A stretch of 64,000 bases of DNA, taken from positions 1,952,001-2,016,000 of the forward strand of contig OY759353.1 of assembly GCA_963662315.1 (NCBI GenBank). Reading direction: 5' to 3'. This stretch comes from Geopsychrobacteraceae bacterium. GTDB lineage: Bacteria > Desulfobacterota > Desulfuromonadia > Desulfuromonadales > Geopsychrobacteraceae. Each line of letters starts with the position of its first letter. The first letter of the stretch is position 1. The notes under the pieces were generated by a model. That model did no database searches. It saw only the letters and a program-made list of their open reading frames with translations, and was not told the origin of the DNA. Position numbers and translations under genes: made by a program. Positions 39,807 to 49,036 of the stretch are shown piece after piece.

Positions 39807-40532
39807 TTAGCCTGTCGCCAGATCGCCATATAGGTATTGTAACACTGACATGATCGCAAGTCCGGCGGTCTCGGTCCGCAAGATCCGGGGTCCCAAGCTG
39901 ACCCCGACAAACCCCGACTTTTGCAGTGTCGCCATTTCATCTTTACAAATTCCCCCCTCAGGACCGACAACGACAGCAACACTGTGTGGTGCAGAGGCAG
40001 GAAGAACTGACATCAGTGGAGTTTGGCTCTCTTCCCACAGAACCAACTTCACTTCGGAGTGGACCTGACCGGCGATCTGCTCGATACTTTGATCGACCTG
40101 TAAGGTTGGCAGGTGATACTGACGACATTGGCGTGCAGACTCCTGCAAAATTTTGGTCCAGCGCTGCAGCTTTTTTAGCTTTCTTTCATCTTTAAGCTGT
40201 CCGACACTTCGGTCCATGGCCACCAGATAAAAGTGATTGACTCCCAACTCCGTACCTTTTTGCAAAACCAGTTCAAGCTTCTCCCCCTTCGGCAGTCCCT
40301 GGATCAACGTCAACTCACAACGCGGCGCGGGAGCCTTTTCAGCGGTAAGAACAGTCACGCCGCCAGTAGCGGTCAGCTCCACCCTGGCAACCATACCATT
40401 GTCATTGAAAAGCTCAATGACATCACCCGCGACAAGCCTGAGTACCGTTTGAAGGTGGCGACGCAGATCATCAGGTAGTGCAATAACGCTGCCGGACTCA
40501 AATACGGACTGTTCTATGTAAAAGCTACGCAT
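39807..40532 (-). CDS. rsmE: 16S rRNA m3U1498 methyltransferase
   Basis: HLQTVLRL, QKGTELGV, ESARQC, VGPEGG and LGPRILRTETA. Confidence 0.93.
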   Translation of the reverse strand: MRSFYIEQSVFESGSVIALPDDLRRHLQTVLRLVAGDVIELFNDNGMVARVELTATGGVTVLTAEKAPAPRCELTLIQGLPKGEKLELVLQKGTELGVNHFYLVAMDRSVGQLKDERKLKKLQRWTKILQESARQCRQYHLPTLQVDQSIEQIAGQVHSEVKLVLWEESQTPLMSVLPASAPHSVAVVVGPEGGICKDEMATLQKSGFVGVSLGPRILRTETAGLAIMSVLQYLYGDLATG

Positions 40533-41451
40533 TGCTGCTTCGACGATAAACCAGGCAGATCCACTCTTCCTGATAACGGCAGTCGTCAAATATCAGTGAC
40601 GTGGCGGCGAAGCCATCACGCACAAACTGTTCTTTTTCGCGCAGTATTCCCGACAAAACCAGGGTTCCCCCGGGATTCAGGTGGTCAATAAAATGCTGTG
40701 CCAGACGGACATTCTCTTCAGCCAGAATGTTGGCAACAACCAGATCAAAGGTACCAGACAGCGCTTCCAGCGGTGCGTCAGTCACCTCTATCCTGTCCTG
40801 CAATCCATTATGGTTGATATTCTTGACAGCCACGTCACAGGCAACAGGATCGATATCATTAGCCAGAATCCTCGGGCAGCCCAAAGCCGCTGCTCCCAGA
40901 GCAAGCAGGCCGGATCCGGTCCCCACATCCAGCATGGACTCCGGCATATCACCTGTAGCCATGAGGTCAGCAATGACCTCCAGACACAGCTTGGTCGTTG
41001 CATGTGTCCCGGTCCCAAAAGCCATGCCCGGATCAATTTCAATCATGACATCATCTGCGCCGGTTTCAATATTCTCCCAACTTGGGCGAATGACCAGATG
41101 TTGACCAACCCGGAATGCTGAAAAGTTCTGCTTCCACTGTTCAGACCAATCCTCAATCTGTACTGCTTCGCCAAGCCGCAACTGCACAGCATTATCTTTA
41201 GCCACGGGCATCGCCAGGATAGCAGCACTGAACTCATCAAATAATTGAGCAGGCCTGTCAACATCCTCGAAATAGATTTTAAGGCAATAGGTTTTGCCGG
41301 GATCCAGTTCATCGTCAGGAACAACAAACGTATCCAACAGCCGTTCTTCAACCACCAGGCCACAACAATTATAATCCGCAGCGACCGCACCAATCAGGTC
41401 CGTTAACGCTCCAGGGGCTTCTATCTCTATAACTATCCACTCATTTTTCAT
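40525..41451 (-). CDS. prmA: Ribosomal protein L11 methyltransferase
   Basis: DWSEQWK, DPGMAFGTGTHATT, DVGTGSG, VANILA and SGIL. Confidence 0.93.
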   Translation of the reverse strand: MKNEWIVIEIEAPGALTDLIGAVAADYNCCGLVVEERLLDTFVVPDDELDPGKTYCLKIYFEDVDRPAQLFDEFSAAILAMPVAKDNAVQLRLGEAVQIEDWSEQWKQNFSAFRVGQHLVIRPSWENIETGADDVMIEIDPGMAFGTGTHATTKLCLEVIADLMATGDMPESMLDVGTGSGLLALGAAALGCPRILANDIDPVACDVAVKNINHNGLQDRIEVTDAPLEALSGTFDLVVANILAEENVRLAQHFIDHLNPGGTLVLSGILREKEQFVRDGFAATSLIFDDCRYQEEWICLVYRRSSNA

Positions 41452-41618
41452 CCCTATTAATTAACAGAACCTATCTATTAAAACAACAGGAAACACATCT
41501 GCCCTGGATCAAAAAATAAAATTAAATAATTAAAGGGCTATCATAATGAGCTTGCCTCATCCTGGCCCCTCTGGTAAAGTTCACACAGTCTCATGAGGTT
41601 TGCCTAAAGGAGGTAGCG

Positions 41619-41669
41619 GTGTCATCGGCTCTGTTCAGACGCTTCAAAACCAGCTATCTCTTGTTTTAA
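41619..41669 (+). CDS. Candidate 16-codon upstream ORF (MSSALFRRFKTSYLLF)
   Basis: AAGGAGGT, 4 nt, then GTG...TAA; downstream of a TTGCCT-N17-TAAAGT promoter-like sequence. Confidence 0.4.
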   Translation: MSSALFRRFKTSYLLF

Positions 41670-41713
41670 AGTTATTTAAAGGCAAGCATACGAATTTTAA
41701 AGGAGCCTTTTCC

Positions 41714-42388
41714 ATGCGCATCTTGATCGTTGAAGATGAGAAAAAAGTCGCCAGCTTTATTAAAAGGGGATTAGAAGAAGAAGAGTTCGATGTTGATGTT
41801 GCCTACGATGGAGACTCCGGCGTTGAAATGGCTCACGCTAAACAATACGATCTGATTCTGATGGATGTTATGCTCCCCAAGAAGGATGGACTAAGCGCCA
41901 TCAAAGACATTCGGGCTTTGAACATTAGCGCTCCGATTCTGTGCCTGACGGCCAAGGATACGGTAGAAGATATCGTTGCCGGGCTGGATATTGGCAGTGA
42001 TGACTACCTGACCAAGCCTTTTGCCTTTTCCGAATTGATTGCCAGGGTCAGGGCTCTGATCCGGCGTGGCAATCAGGACCGGGGGGCGGAGTTGTTTTTT
42101 GCGGATTTGCGCCTTGACCCGGTTGGACATAAGGTCTGGCGCGGTAACACCGAAATCGAGTTGACCGGTAAGGAATATTTATTGCTTGAATTTTTCGTAC
42201 GCAATCCGAATCAAGTGCTGACCCGCACCATGATTGCTGAACACGTTTGGGATTACACGTTTGATTCATTTACCAATATCATTGACGTCTACGTGAACTA
42301 TTTGCGCAAAAAAATCGATTTTAATTTCAGTAAGCGATTAATTCACACCGTCCGTGGTGTCGGTTACATACTAAAAGAAGACGAATGA
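41714..42388 (+). CDS. OmpR-family response regulator (CusR/ArlR-like)
   Basis: ILIVEDE, LMDVMLP, DDYLTKPF and winged helix ending IHTVRGVGY. Confidence 0.93.
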   Translation: MRILIVEDEKKVASFIKRGLEEEEFDVDVAYDGDSGVEMAHAKQYDLILMDVMLPKKDGLSAIKDIRALNISAPILCLTAKDTVEDIVAGLDIGSDDYLTKPFAFSELIARVRALIRRGNQDRGAELFFADLRLDPVGHKVWRGNTEIELTGKEYLLLEFFVRNPNQVLTRTMIAEHVWDYTFDSFTNIIDVYVNYLRKKIDFNFSKRLIHTVRGVGYILKEDE

Positions 42389-42470
42389 AGGCTTTTCCGT
42401 CTTTCCCGGATAGGTAATTTGTAACAACCTGCATCCAACGACCTTTGAGTATTTCAGGAGGAAGAACACC

Positions 42471-43352
42471 TTGTCTCATAAACTTGCGCAGCAGCGCAGG
42501 AATTCGAACTCTATTTCAGATGCTGTCAAGCGCCTGTCTGAACTGATGGACCAAACCTGCACTGAATCAGACCCACTTGAATTTGTGCCGGAAGATACCG
42601 CCCCGGAAGAGATTGCCATACTGGCGGCAAGCTATAACGGGTTGATGCAACGCATGGCGACCAGCCTCAAAAGAGCTCGTCAGTTTTCTGCTGATGTCAC
42701 CCACGAGTTGAGGACACCACTAACCATTTTACGAGGCGAAACAGAACTGGCTCTGCGCAATGACCGGACCCAGGAACAATTACGCTGGGTCTTGGAATCC
42801 AACCTTGAAGAGATCAGCAGAATGAGTTATCTGATTGAAGATCTGCTACTCCTTTCGAAAAGCGATTTGGGGGAAATCCCGCTAAAAAAAGAACCTCTGC
42901 TCGTCCCGGAATTGATTCTGGAACTTCATCATCAGGCCACCTTATTGTCAGCAGCCAAGAATATCAATGTGACATTAGCGATGCCGAAGCAGGACCTGTT
43001 GGTCAACGCCGACAGTTTACGCCTGCGTCAGGTATTTCTAAACCTGCTGACCAATGCGATTAAATATACACCCGAGCACGGAACTGTCAGCCTTCAGATC
43101 AACGAACCTCAAAATCAGCAGGTTGAAATCATGGTAACGGATACCGGCATAGGTATTGCTGCTGATCAACTGGGGCTCATATTTGAACGCTTTTACCGCA
43201 TCGACAAAACCCGTAATCGCAATGACGGGGGGTCTGGGTTGGGGCTGTCCATTGCCAGATGGATCATTGAAGCACACGACGGAACCATTGCAGTAACATC
43301 AACCCCCGGTCAAGGCAGCTGTTTCAGTGTTACTCTCCCCCTGCTTCTGTAG
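42471..43352 (+). CDS. Histidine kinase (HAMP-like-HisKA-HATPase) without transmembrane or sensor domain
   Basis: THELRTPL, NLLTNAIKY, DTGIG and GSGLGL. TTG start after AGGAGGA. No hydrophobic segment. Confidence 0.85.
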   Translation: MSHKLAQQRRNSNSISDAVKRLSELMDQTCTESDPLEFVPEDTAPEEIAILAASYNGLMQRMATSLKRARQFSADVTHELRTPLTILRGETELALRNDRTQEQLRWVLESNLEEISRMSYLIEDLLLLSKSDLGEIPLKKEPLLVPELILELHHQATLLSAAKNINVTLAMPKQDLLVNADSLRLRQVFLNLLTNAIKYTPEHGTVSLQINEPQNQQVEIMVTDTGIGIAADQLGLIFERFYRIDKTRNRNDGGSGLGLSIARWIIEAHDGTIAVTSTPGQGSCFSVTLPLLL

Positions 43353-43445
43353 CCATTCAGCCTGTAACCCAAAAATGAAAAAACCGCTTTATCATTTTTT
43401 TTAATTTTTTTTATTCCATTTTTTAAAAAAATTCTGTATAAACTC

Positions 43446-43517
43446 AGCCCGAAGCCTTCTTGTAAGGCTTTAAGCCCCGAAGACCTCCCCCCCCTCCAGG
43501 TCTTTGGGGCTTTTTTT
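43446..43517 (+). ncRNA. Candidate sRNA-3 (~70 nt, two hairpins, C8UCC terminator loop), or simply the operon terminator
   Basis: TTCCAT-N17-TATAAA at 43414-43442 after T-tracts. Hairpin AAGCCTT/AAGGCTT, then a long stem with loop CCCCCCCCTCC and a U tail. Confidence 0.45.
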
Positions 43518-43648
43518 ATATCTTCTCACCAGATCAAAATAATTTACCGCTATTCAATGCCATCCGTATAAAATCTGCGCCTTTATTCTGATCAGATCTC
43601 CTGTTATAATGAGGCGACCCTTCCCATATATAACAGAAAGGATCAGCT

Positions 43649-45250
43649 ATGGTATTCCATCCACGTCCTGTATATCTGGCCGACTCATTCATGCTTCCTG
43701 TCGGAAAATATAATGGCAGACATCGTCCCAAAGTCAGTTTTTTTGAATTAATTGACTCCCTGCAACCCTTGTTCGACAATTCAACAATCAGTAAAGACAA
43801 AATCGGCTGCGTCGTTGTCGGCTCGCAAAACCCCTTCGCCTTTTCAGGAATTGATAATGTCGCAGCTAAAATCTGTGGCCGCCTTGGGATCAGTGGTGCC
43901 AAATCGGTTCTGATCGACACAGCCTCATCTTCCGGTGCGAGTGCCTTTGAAGCCGCATATCTTGAAGTGGCATCAGGTCAGCATGATCATGTATTAGCCA
44001 TTGGCATCCAGAAGATGAGCGATGTTTCAACCCGCGAAGCAACCAAGATCGTTGCCGGGGTGATTGACCGAGAAGAAGCAGAATATGGACTGACCATGCC
44101 AGCCTGCGGTGCCCTGGTCGCACAATCACTCATACAGGAATTCGGACTGACCCAAAAGCAATGGACAGAATATTCGGCCCGCTGGACCGAACGGGCCCAT
44201 AAATATGCCGCACAGAATCCAGATGCCCACCTGAATCACGAAATATCAGTCGAGCAGTATTTTGCCGACATGAATGGTGGTCAGAATTATCTTTATTATG
44301 ATCCCTTGCACTATTATGATTTCTGTCCGATGTCCGATGGTGTAGCCGCTTGCCTGTTAAGCGCCACACCTCACGAGGTACGGGTCAGCGGGGTTGGTTC
44401 AGGAACGGACATACCGACCATCGCCGACCGTCTGACCTACACCAGCTTTCCAGCGACAAAAATAGCCTTGGCCCAGGCTTTAAGCAAAGCGGGCCTGAAA
44501 AATCTGCTGGAACTCGACACTCCAACCCACATCAATATGCATGATCCGTTTAACGGCTTTGGCCCCATCAATTTGGTTGACCTTGGGGTGGCGCCTCGCG
44601 AGCAACTCCTTGACGCCCTGCTTGACGATTCACTCACTGGACCAGAGGGACGCTTCCCGACCAATCTGACCGGCGGGCTGAAAGGACGCGGCCATCCACT
44701 CGGAGCAACGGGAATGGTCCAGATTGTTGAAAATCATCAGATGTTGACCACCGGTCGTTATCAGTCGGCGTTGTCTCACTCTATCGGTGGCCCCATCAAC
44801 AATAATGTTGTCGTACTGCTTGAAACGGAGCAACACTTCAGACACCGGAGAACACTCCCTTACCGCCCTCAGGAGAAACCGCCTCTTGGGCACATGAAAC
44901 CTGTTGGTATCGACTTAAACACCATTCTCGGCAAAGAGAACAAATGCACAGTCACCTTGCTGGCTAAAACCTCGATGCATGATTTCCGTACCGGCAATGC
45001 GCAAAAAACATTACTGATTTTTTCACGTAAACACGAAGGAGAGCGTTACCGTTTCCCGATTGGCGTTGCTCCGGAATCGGCACTATCCCTGGAAGGACTC
45101 AAATTCGGAGACAAGATCCAACTCCAGCGTATCGACAGGGACATCACCATTAACGATATTCCCATCAGGCAACTGTACCGCAAAACTATTGCAGGTGTGG
45201 TTGAAATTGCCGACAGTGCAATGCGGAAGTTGCGCAATAAAAAAGACTAA
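43649..45250 (+). CDS. Thiolase-superfamily (SCP2/Ltp2-type) protein lacking catalytic Cys, with C-terminal OB-fold-like extension
   Basis: DTASSSGA, CPMSDG, HDPF, GGLKGRGHPLGATG and HSIGG motifs; about 140 extra C-terminal residues. Confidence 0.85.
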   Translation: MVFHPRPVYLADSFMLPVGKYNGRHRPKVSFFELIDSLQPLFDNSTISKDKIGCVVVGSQNPFAFSGIDNVAAKICGRLGISGAKSVLIDTASSSGASAFEAAYLEVASGQHDHVLAIGIQKMSDVSTREATKIVAGVIDREEAEYGLTMPACGALVAQSLIQEFGLTQKQWTEYSARWTERAHKYAAQNPDAHLNHEISVEQYFADMNGGQNYLYYDPLHYYDFCPMSDGVAACLLSATPHEVRVSGVGSGTDIPTIADRLTYTSFPATKIALAQALSKAGLKNLLELDTPTHINMHDPFNGFGPINLVDLGVAPREQLLDALLDDSLTGPEGRFPTNLTGGLKGRGHPLGATGMVQIVENHQMLTTGRYQSALSHSIGGPINNNVVVLLETEQHFRHRRTLPYRPQEKPPLGHMKPVGIDLNTILGKENKCTVTLLAKTSMHDFRTGNAQKTLLIFSRKHEGERYRFPIGVAPESALSLEGLKFGDKIQLQRIDRDITINDIPIRQLYRKTIAGVVEIADSAMRKLRNKKD

Positions 45251-45276
45251 TTTCTCGGGTCAGCCGGAACCGCCCT

Positions 45277-45319
45277 CCCTTGTTCGCGACACTGCGCAAA
45301 GTTTTGTCGCGAACAAGGG
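45277..45319. repeat. Perfect 15-bp inverted repeat without a U-tract
   Basis: CCCTTGTTCGCGACA-N13-TGTCGCGAACAAGGG. Confidence 0.8.
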
Positions 45320-45428
45320 GATCCATCCAAGCAGCCGGGGTTCGGACTAAATACCAATATCCTAACATTTCATCCGGGTTGTGCATTTGCACAGTGTATT
45401 GAAAAATTCTTCGTGTTAATCTGCGCCC

Positions 45429-46823
45429 ATGCGAATAACCGTTAAACACCAAGTTTTAATCGCCCCGGCCATCATGCTGTTCCTGCTGCTGCTGCTGTTG
45501 GGCTTCATGCAGTTTAGCTACTGGAATCTCGCCGCTAAACGCCATGAAGCCAGGGCCATAGGAACAACTTTCGTCGCCCTGGCGGAAGCCGACATGGCCG
45601 CCCGCCGGTTACATGTACTGATTCGCTCTATTCAATACAGTGGCATGGCCAGTCCAGAGGAAATGGCTCTGGTTGCCGATCTTTACGAGCGACTGACCTC
45701 AGCCGTTGATCGCCTTGAACCATTCGGTCCTCTTAAACAGTCGGGACAGATCAACCTGATCAAGCAGCTGGCTGCCGAGCTAAACCCGGCCGACAGTGCG
45801 GATCCTGAAATAACGGCCAGAAATTATGCCAATTTTCGAGCTGAGCTATCGGGCTTATCCAACCTGACCCAGATCCAGTTAAACCGGCTGCGGACAACCC
45901 AGGAACAGGATGTTACCAAACTGGTCGAGCAGACCTATCTGGTCTCAATGGTTATTCTTATGCTGGCAATCCTGCTCGGAGCCTGCATTTCTATTTATTT
46001 CGGGCGCCGGATATTAAAACGAATCCAGGTCCTGTCACTCAATGCCCTGCAGATAGCCGACGGTAAACTCGAACTGCCTCCGGCCCCCGACCACATTAAA
46101 GATGAGCTTGACACCCTGGCGGTGTCCATTAGCCGTATGACGAAAAGACTGATTCGGGTGGTCGGGACAGAAAAATTGTTTGAAGGAGCCGAAGAAGAGC
46201 GCCGCCGCATCGCCATGGATCTGCATGATCAGTCTCTGTCTGATTTGTCAGGCATCTTACGTGGGCTGCAGGCGGTAAGCAGTGATATGGCTGCGACCCC
46301 TGCAAAAGAGAAGGTCGCAGAGCTAGAACAAGACTTAAGCCAGGCCATTACAAATCTACGCGACATCATGAATAACCTGCATCCCCAGACCCTCGATATT
46401 CTTGGGCTGGGGGCGGCTCTGGAAACACATCTTGAACAGCATTGCGAAACAGAAGGACTGCCTGAATTCCACTTTTATCAGGATGAGCGAGTTGATAGCC
46501 TGAAACTGGATAAAATGCAGAAGCTGTTTCTCTATCGTATTGCGATCGAAGCGATACAGAACGTTCTTAAACATGCCAGGGCCTCACGTTACGAAGTCTC
46601 TCTGGAACTACGTGAAGATACGCTTGTTCTTGCTGTTGAAGATAATGGCCGGGGCATGGAAGCAACATCTACCAGAACCGCAGAAGGTCATGGAGTCATG
46701 AACATTCGTGAACGAGCCAGAAAAATTGGCGCAGAGGTAAGGTGGAGCCCGTCACGCTTTTCCAGCGGAACCCGCTTTACATTAACCCTCCCCTGTAGAG
46801 AACTTCCCGAAATTCACCAATAG
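45429..46823 (+). CDS. Membrane sensor histidine kinase (HAMP, HisKA_3, NarX/UhpB type)
   Basis: Two transmembrane segments, HAMP, EERRRIAMDLHD, EAIQNVLKHA, DNGRG and GHGV. Confidence 0.9.
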   Translation: MRITVKHQVLIAPAIMLFLLLLLLGFMQFSYWNLAAKRHEARAIGTTFVALAEADMAARRLHVLIRSIQYSGMASPEEMALVADLYERLTSAVDRLEPFGPLKQSGQINLIKQLAAELNPADSADPEITARNYANFRAELSGLSNLTQIQLNRLRTTQEQDVTKLVEQTYLVSMVILMLAILLGACISIYFGRRILKRIQVLSLNALQIADGKLELPPAPDHIKDELDTLAVSISRMTKRLIRVVGTEKLFEGAEEERRRIAMDLHDQSLSDLSGILRGLQAVSSDMAATPAKEKVAELEQDLSQAITNLRDIMNNLHPQTLDILGLGAALETHLEQHCETEGLPEFHFYQDERVDSLKLDKMQKLFLYRIAIEAIQNVLKHARASRYEVSLELREDTLVLAVEDNGRGMEATSTRTAEGHGVMNIRERARKIGAEVRWSPSRFSSGTRFTLTLPCRELPEIHQ

Positions 46824-46834
46824 GAGCGGCTGCC

Positions 46835-47596
46835 ATGGCAGATCTCAATATTCTTATCGCAGAAGACAATCCAAAAGATTTCGAATTTCTCGAAAAGCTC
46901 ATCAGCAGCTGGGATGAAAATGTTCACATTACCCACGCTTCTGACGGCAGAACAGCACTCGAAATCAGTCATTCCCATGAAGAGCCTCTGATCGTCAGCG
47001 ATATCCAGATGCCAGAACTCAATGGTATCGACTTTGCCAAAGAGTTATGGCAGGACAAACCAAGAGCACGGATTGTTTTCTGGAGTCAGTTCAAAGATGA
47101 AATGTATGTCAGATCTCTCGCGAAAATCGTTCCTCCCGAAACCGTCTATGGCTACATATTAAAGTCGAGCCCTAAGGAACGTATTGCTTCCGCTATTTAT
47201 ACAGTTCTGGTTGAAGAACAATGCTGGATTGCCCCGGAAGTCCGCAAAGTTCAGGGACGGGCCGGGCACAGCTTAACAGCCCTTTCCGATATTGAATATG
47301 AAGCGCTGCTCGATATTTCTCTGGGTCTGACCGATAATCTTATCGCTCAACGGCGGTATCTGTCCCGGCGCGGGGTCCAGAGCCGTCTCAATTCACTCTA
47401 CAGCAAATTGGGTATTGACCAGGAGCAGTTCCACAGTGAGAAATATGGAGACTCTTTCAACCTGCGCAACCGTGCGGTTGCCGTTTCTCTGGCCCGAGGA
47501 TTGGTCAACGCGTTTGAAATGGAAAATGAAGAAAAAGAATTCCAAGCATGGTTTAAGCGTTTCCAGCGCACGAACAAGGCAAAAGAAGAAGCATAA
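46835..47596 (+). CDS. NarL/LuxR-like response regulator
   Basis: IAED, VSDIQMP, GYILK and an HTH-like segment LTDNLIAQRRYLSRRGV..LYSKLG. Confidence 0.85.
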   Translation: MADLNILIAEDNPKDFEFLEKLISSWDENVHITHASDGRTALEISHSHEEPLIVSDIQMPELNGIDFAKELWQDKPRARIVFWSQFKDEMYVRSLAKIVPPETVYGYILKSSPKERIASAIYTVLVEEQCWIAPEVRKVQGRAGHSLTALSDIEYEALLDISLGLTDNLIAQRRYLSRRGVQSRLNSLYSKLGIDQEQFHSEKYGDSFNLRNRAVAVSLARGLVNAFEMENEEKEFQAWFKRFQRTNKAKEEA

Positions 47597-47706
47597 TAAG
47601 ACCTTAGCACTAAAGGTTTCAATTCTTAACGGATCGAGCGACATTCAATCGGATAAAGTCATAGCTAGGCGGTGATTGTTTTAGGGGCAAACACCGCTAT
47701 CTAACC

Positions 47707-47744
47707 TTGTTTTAACTGCCATACTATGGTAAAAGGTCATACCA
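47707..47744 (+). promoter_or_regulatory. Putative promoter and autoregulatory operator AGGTCATACCA
   Basis: TTGTTT-N17-TAAAAG overlapping (T)GGT-N3-ACCA at 47734-47744. Confidence 0.55.
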
Positions 47745-47767
47745 AAGACCATGGAGATTGATATGTT

Positions 47768-48499
47768 ATGAGCACTGTATTTAAGCCCATCCGACCAAAA
47801 AAATTATCGGAAGAAATTGTTGATCAGATTAAAGAGCTGATTTCAAGAGGAGATCTCGGCCCGGGGCAAAGAATTCCCTCTGAACGCGAATTAGCAACGC
47901 TCCTGGGCGTCAGCCGCCCATCAGTGCGTGAAGCCATTATGGTACTGGAGGCCATGGGTTTTCTTGAGGCGCGTCAGGGTGGCGGAACCTACGTACGTTC
48001 ACTGGCAGATGCCACCATGGCGGACCCGCTGGCCAGCATGGTTGAACGCCGCGATCCACGCATGCTGCATGCATTGACCGAGGTCCGTATCGGTCTGGAG
48101 ACCTGGTCTGCCTATCTGGCCGCCAAACGCGCTGACGAAGCCCAAATCAAACGCCTGCGGGAAATTTACACCATAATGGAAGAACAAGGAAAAACCGGTG
48201 GCTGGGATGCGGATATCGACTTCCAGTTTCATCTGTTGATTACCGCAGCGACCCATAATACGCTGCAGGTGCATGTCCTTAACACCATACAGACCCTGTT
48301 TCAGACAACCATTATGGTTGCTCTGGGTGAGTTTTATCGCAAAGAAGGATATATTGAAATTCTACTCCGGCACCATGGAGGGATTCTAGAAGCTATTGAA
48401 CAAAGAGACCCTGAACTGGCTCGCCAACGTATGATGGAACATTTAACAATGGTCGAAGAAAGACTTGCGATGTTCCTGCAGAAAGGACCACCGGAATAA
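47768..48499 (+). CDS. GntR/FadR-family regulator (PdhR/LldR/LutR-like)
   Basis: PSERELA..LGVSRPSVREA..L...G..EARQGGGTYV HTH; FCD domain with D..FH...HN and HH. Confidence 0.92.
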   Translation: MSTVFKPIRPKKLSEEIVDQIKELISRGDLGPGQRIPSERELATLLGVSRPSVREAIMVLEAMGFLEARQGGGTYVRSLADATMADPLASMVERRDPRMLHALTEVRIGLETWSAYLAAKRADEAQIKRLREIYTIMEEQGKTGGWDADIDFQFHLLITAATHNTLQVHVLNTIQTLFQTTIMVALGEFYRKEGYIEILLRHHGGILEAIEQRDPELARQRMMEHLTMVEERLAMFLQKGPPE

Positions 48500-48679
48500 G
48501 GGGGGGACCTCCCTTATTCCCTCAGCATTATTTTATCGTCTTTAGCGCCAAGGCGATCCCGGTCTAGGCACAGCATCTGACTATCCTATATGTCACCATG
48601 CCAGTCCTACCTGTCTGTTATTCTCCTTCTGACATATAGTAAGCTGCCTGAAATTATTTCAAGAGGGACATTCACAACA

Positions 48680-48964
48680 ATGGATAAAGAGCAACTCTAC
48701 CAGGCGACCATCGACACCTGGGGTATTGACGCACAATATGAGCAGATGGTTGAAGAATGCGCAGAGCTGATCGCAGCGTTAAAGCACTTCCAACGTGGTA
48801 AAATAGACCGTCAAAAAGTCATTGACGAGTTGGCCGATGTCAGCCTGATGGTTGGACAACTGACCTGGATGTTCGGCCAGGAGACAGTTAATCAGACCAT
48901 AGAGGACAAGCTGGCGAAACTCAATAAGCTTCTTTCACACTCCACTCAGAATCATTCAGAGTAA
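48680..48964 (+). CDS. MazG-like nucleotide pyrophosphohydrolase
   Basis: EECAELI and IDELADV acidic motifs. Confidence 0.7.
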   Translation: MDKEQLYQATIDTWGIDAQYEQMVEECAELIAALKHFQRGKIDRQKVIDELADVSLMVGQLTWMFGQETVNQTIEDKLAKLNKLLSHSTQNHSE

Positions 48965-49036
48965 TTTCTACACACTGAACATTATTGTCATTGATTTGTG
49001 CGACGCACACTGTTAACAGGAAAGGGGTTCATTATC

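Noticed and set aside
43925..43927. Possible selenocysteine at the thiolase nucleophile position
   Set aside because: The codon is TCA (Ser), not TGA, and the frame is open.
48493..48520. Hairpin over the FadR-family gene stop codon as another anti-SD-loop sRNA
   Set aside because: No separate promoter and no U-tail; best read as a simple 3' stem.
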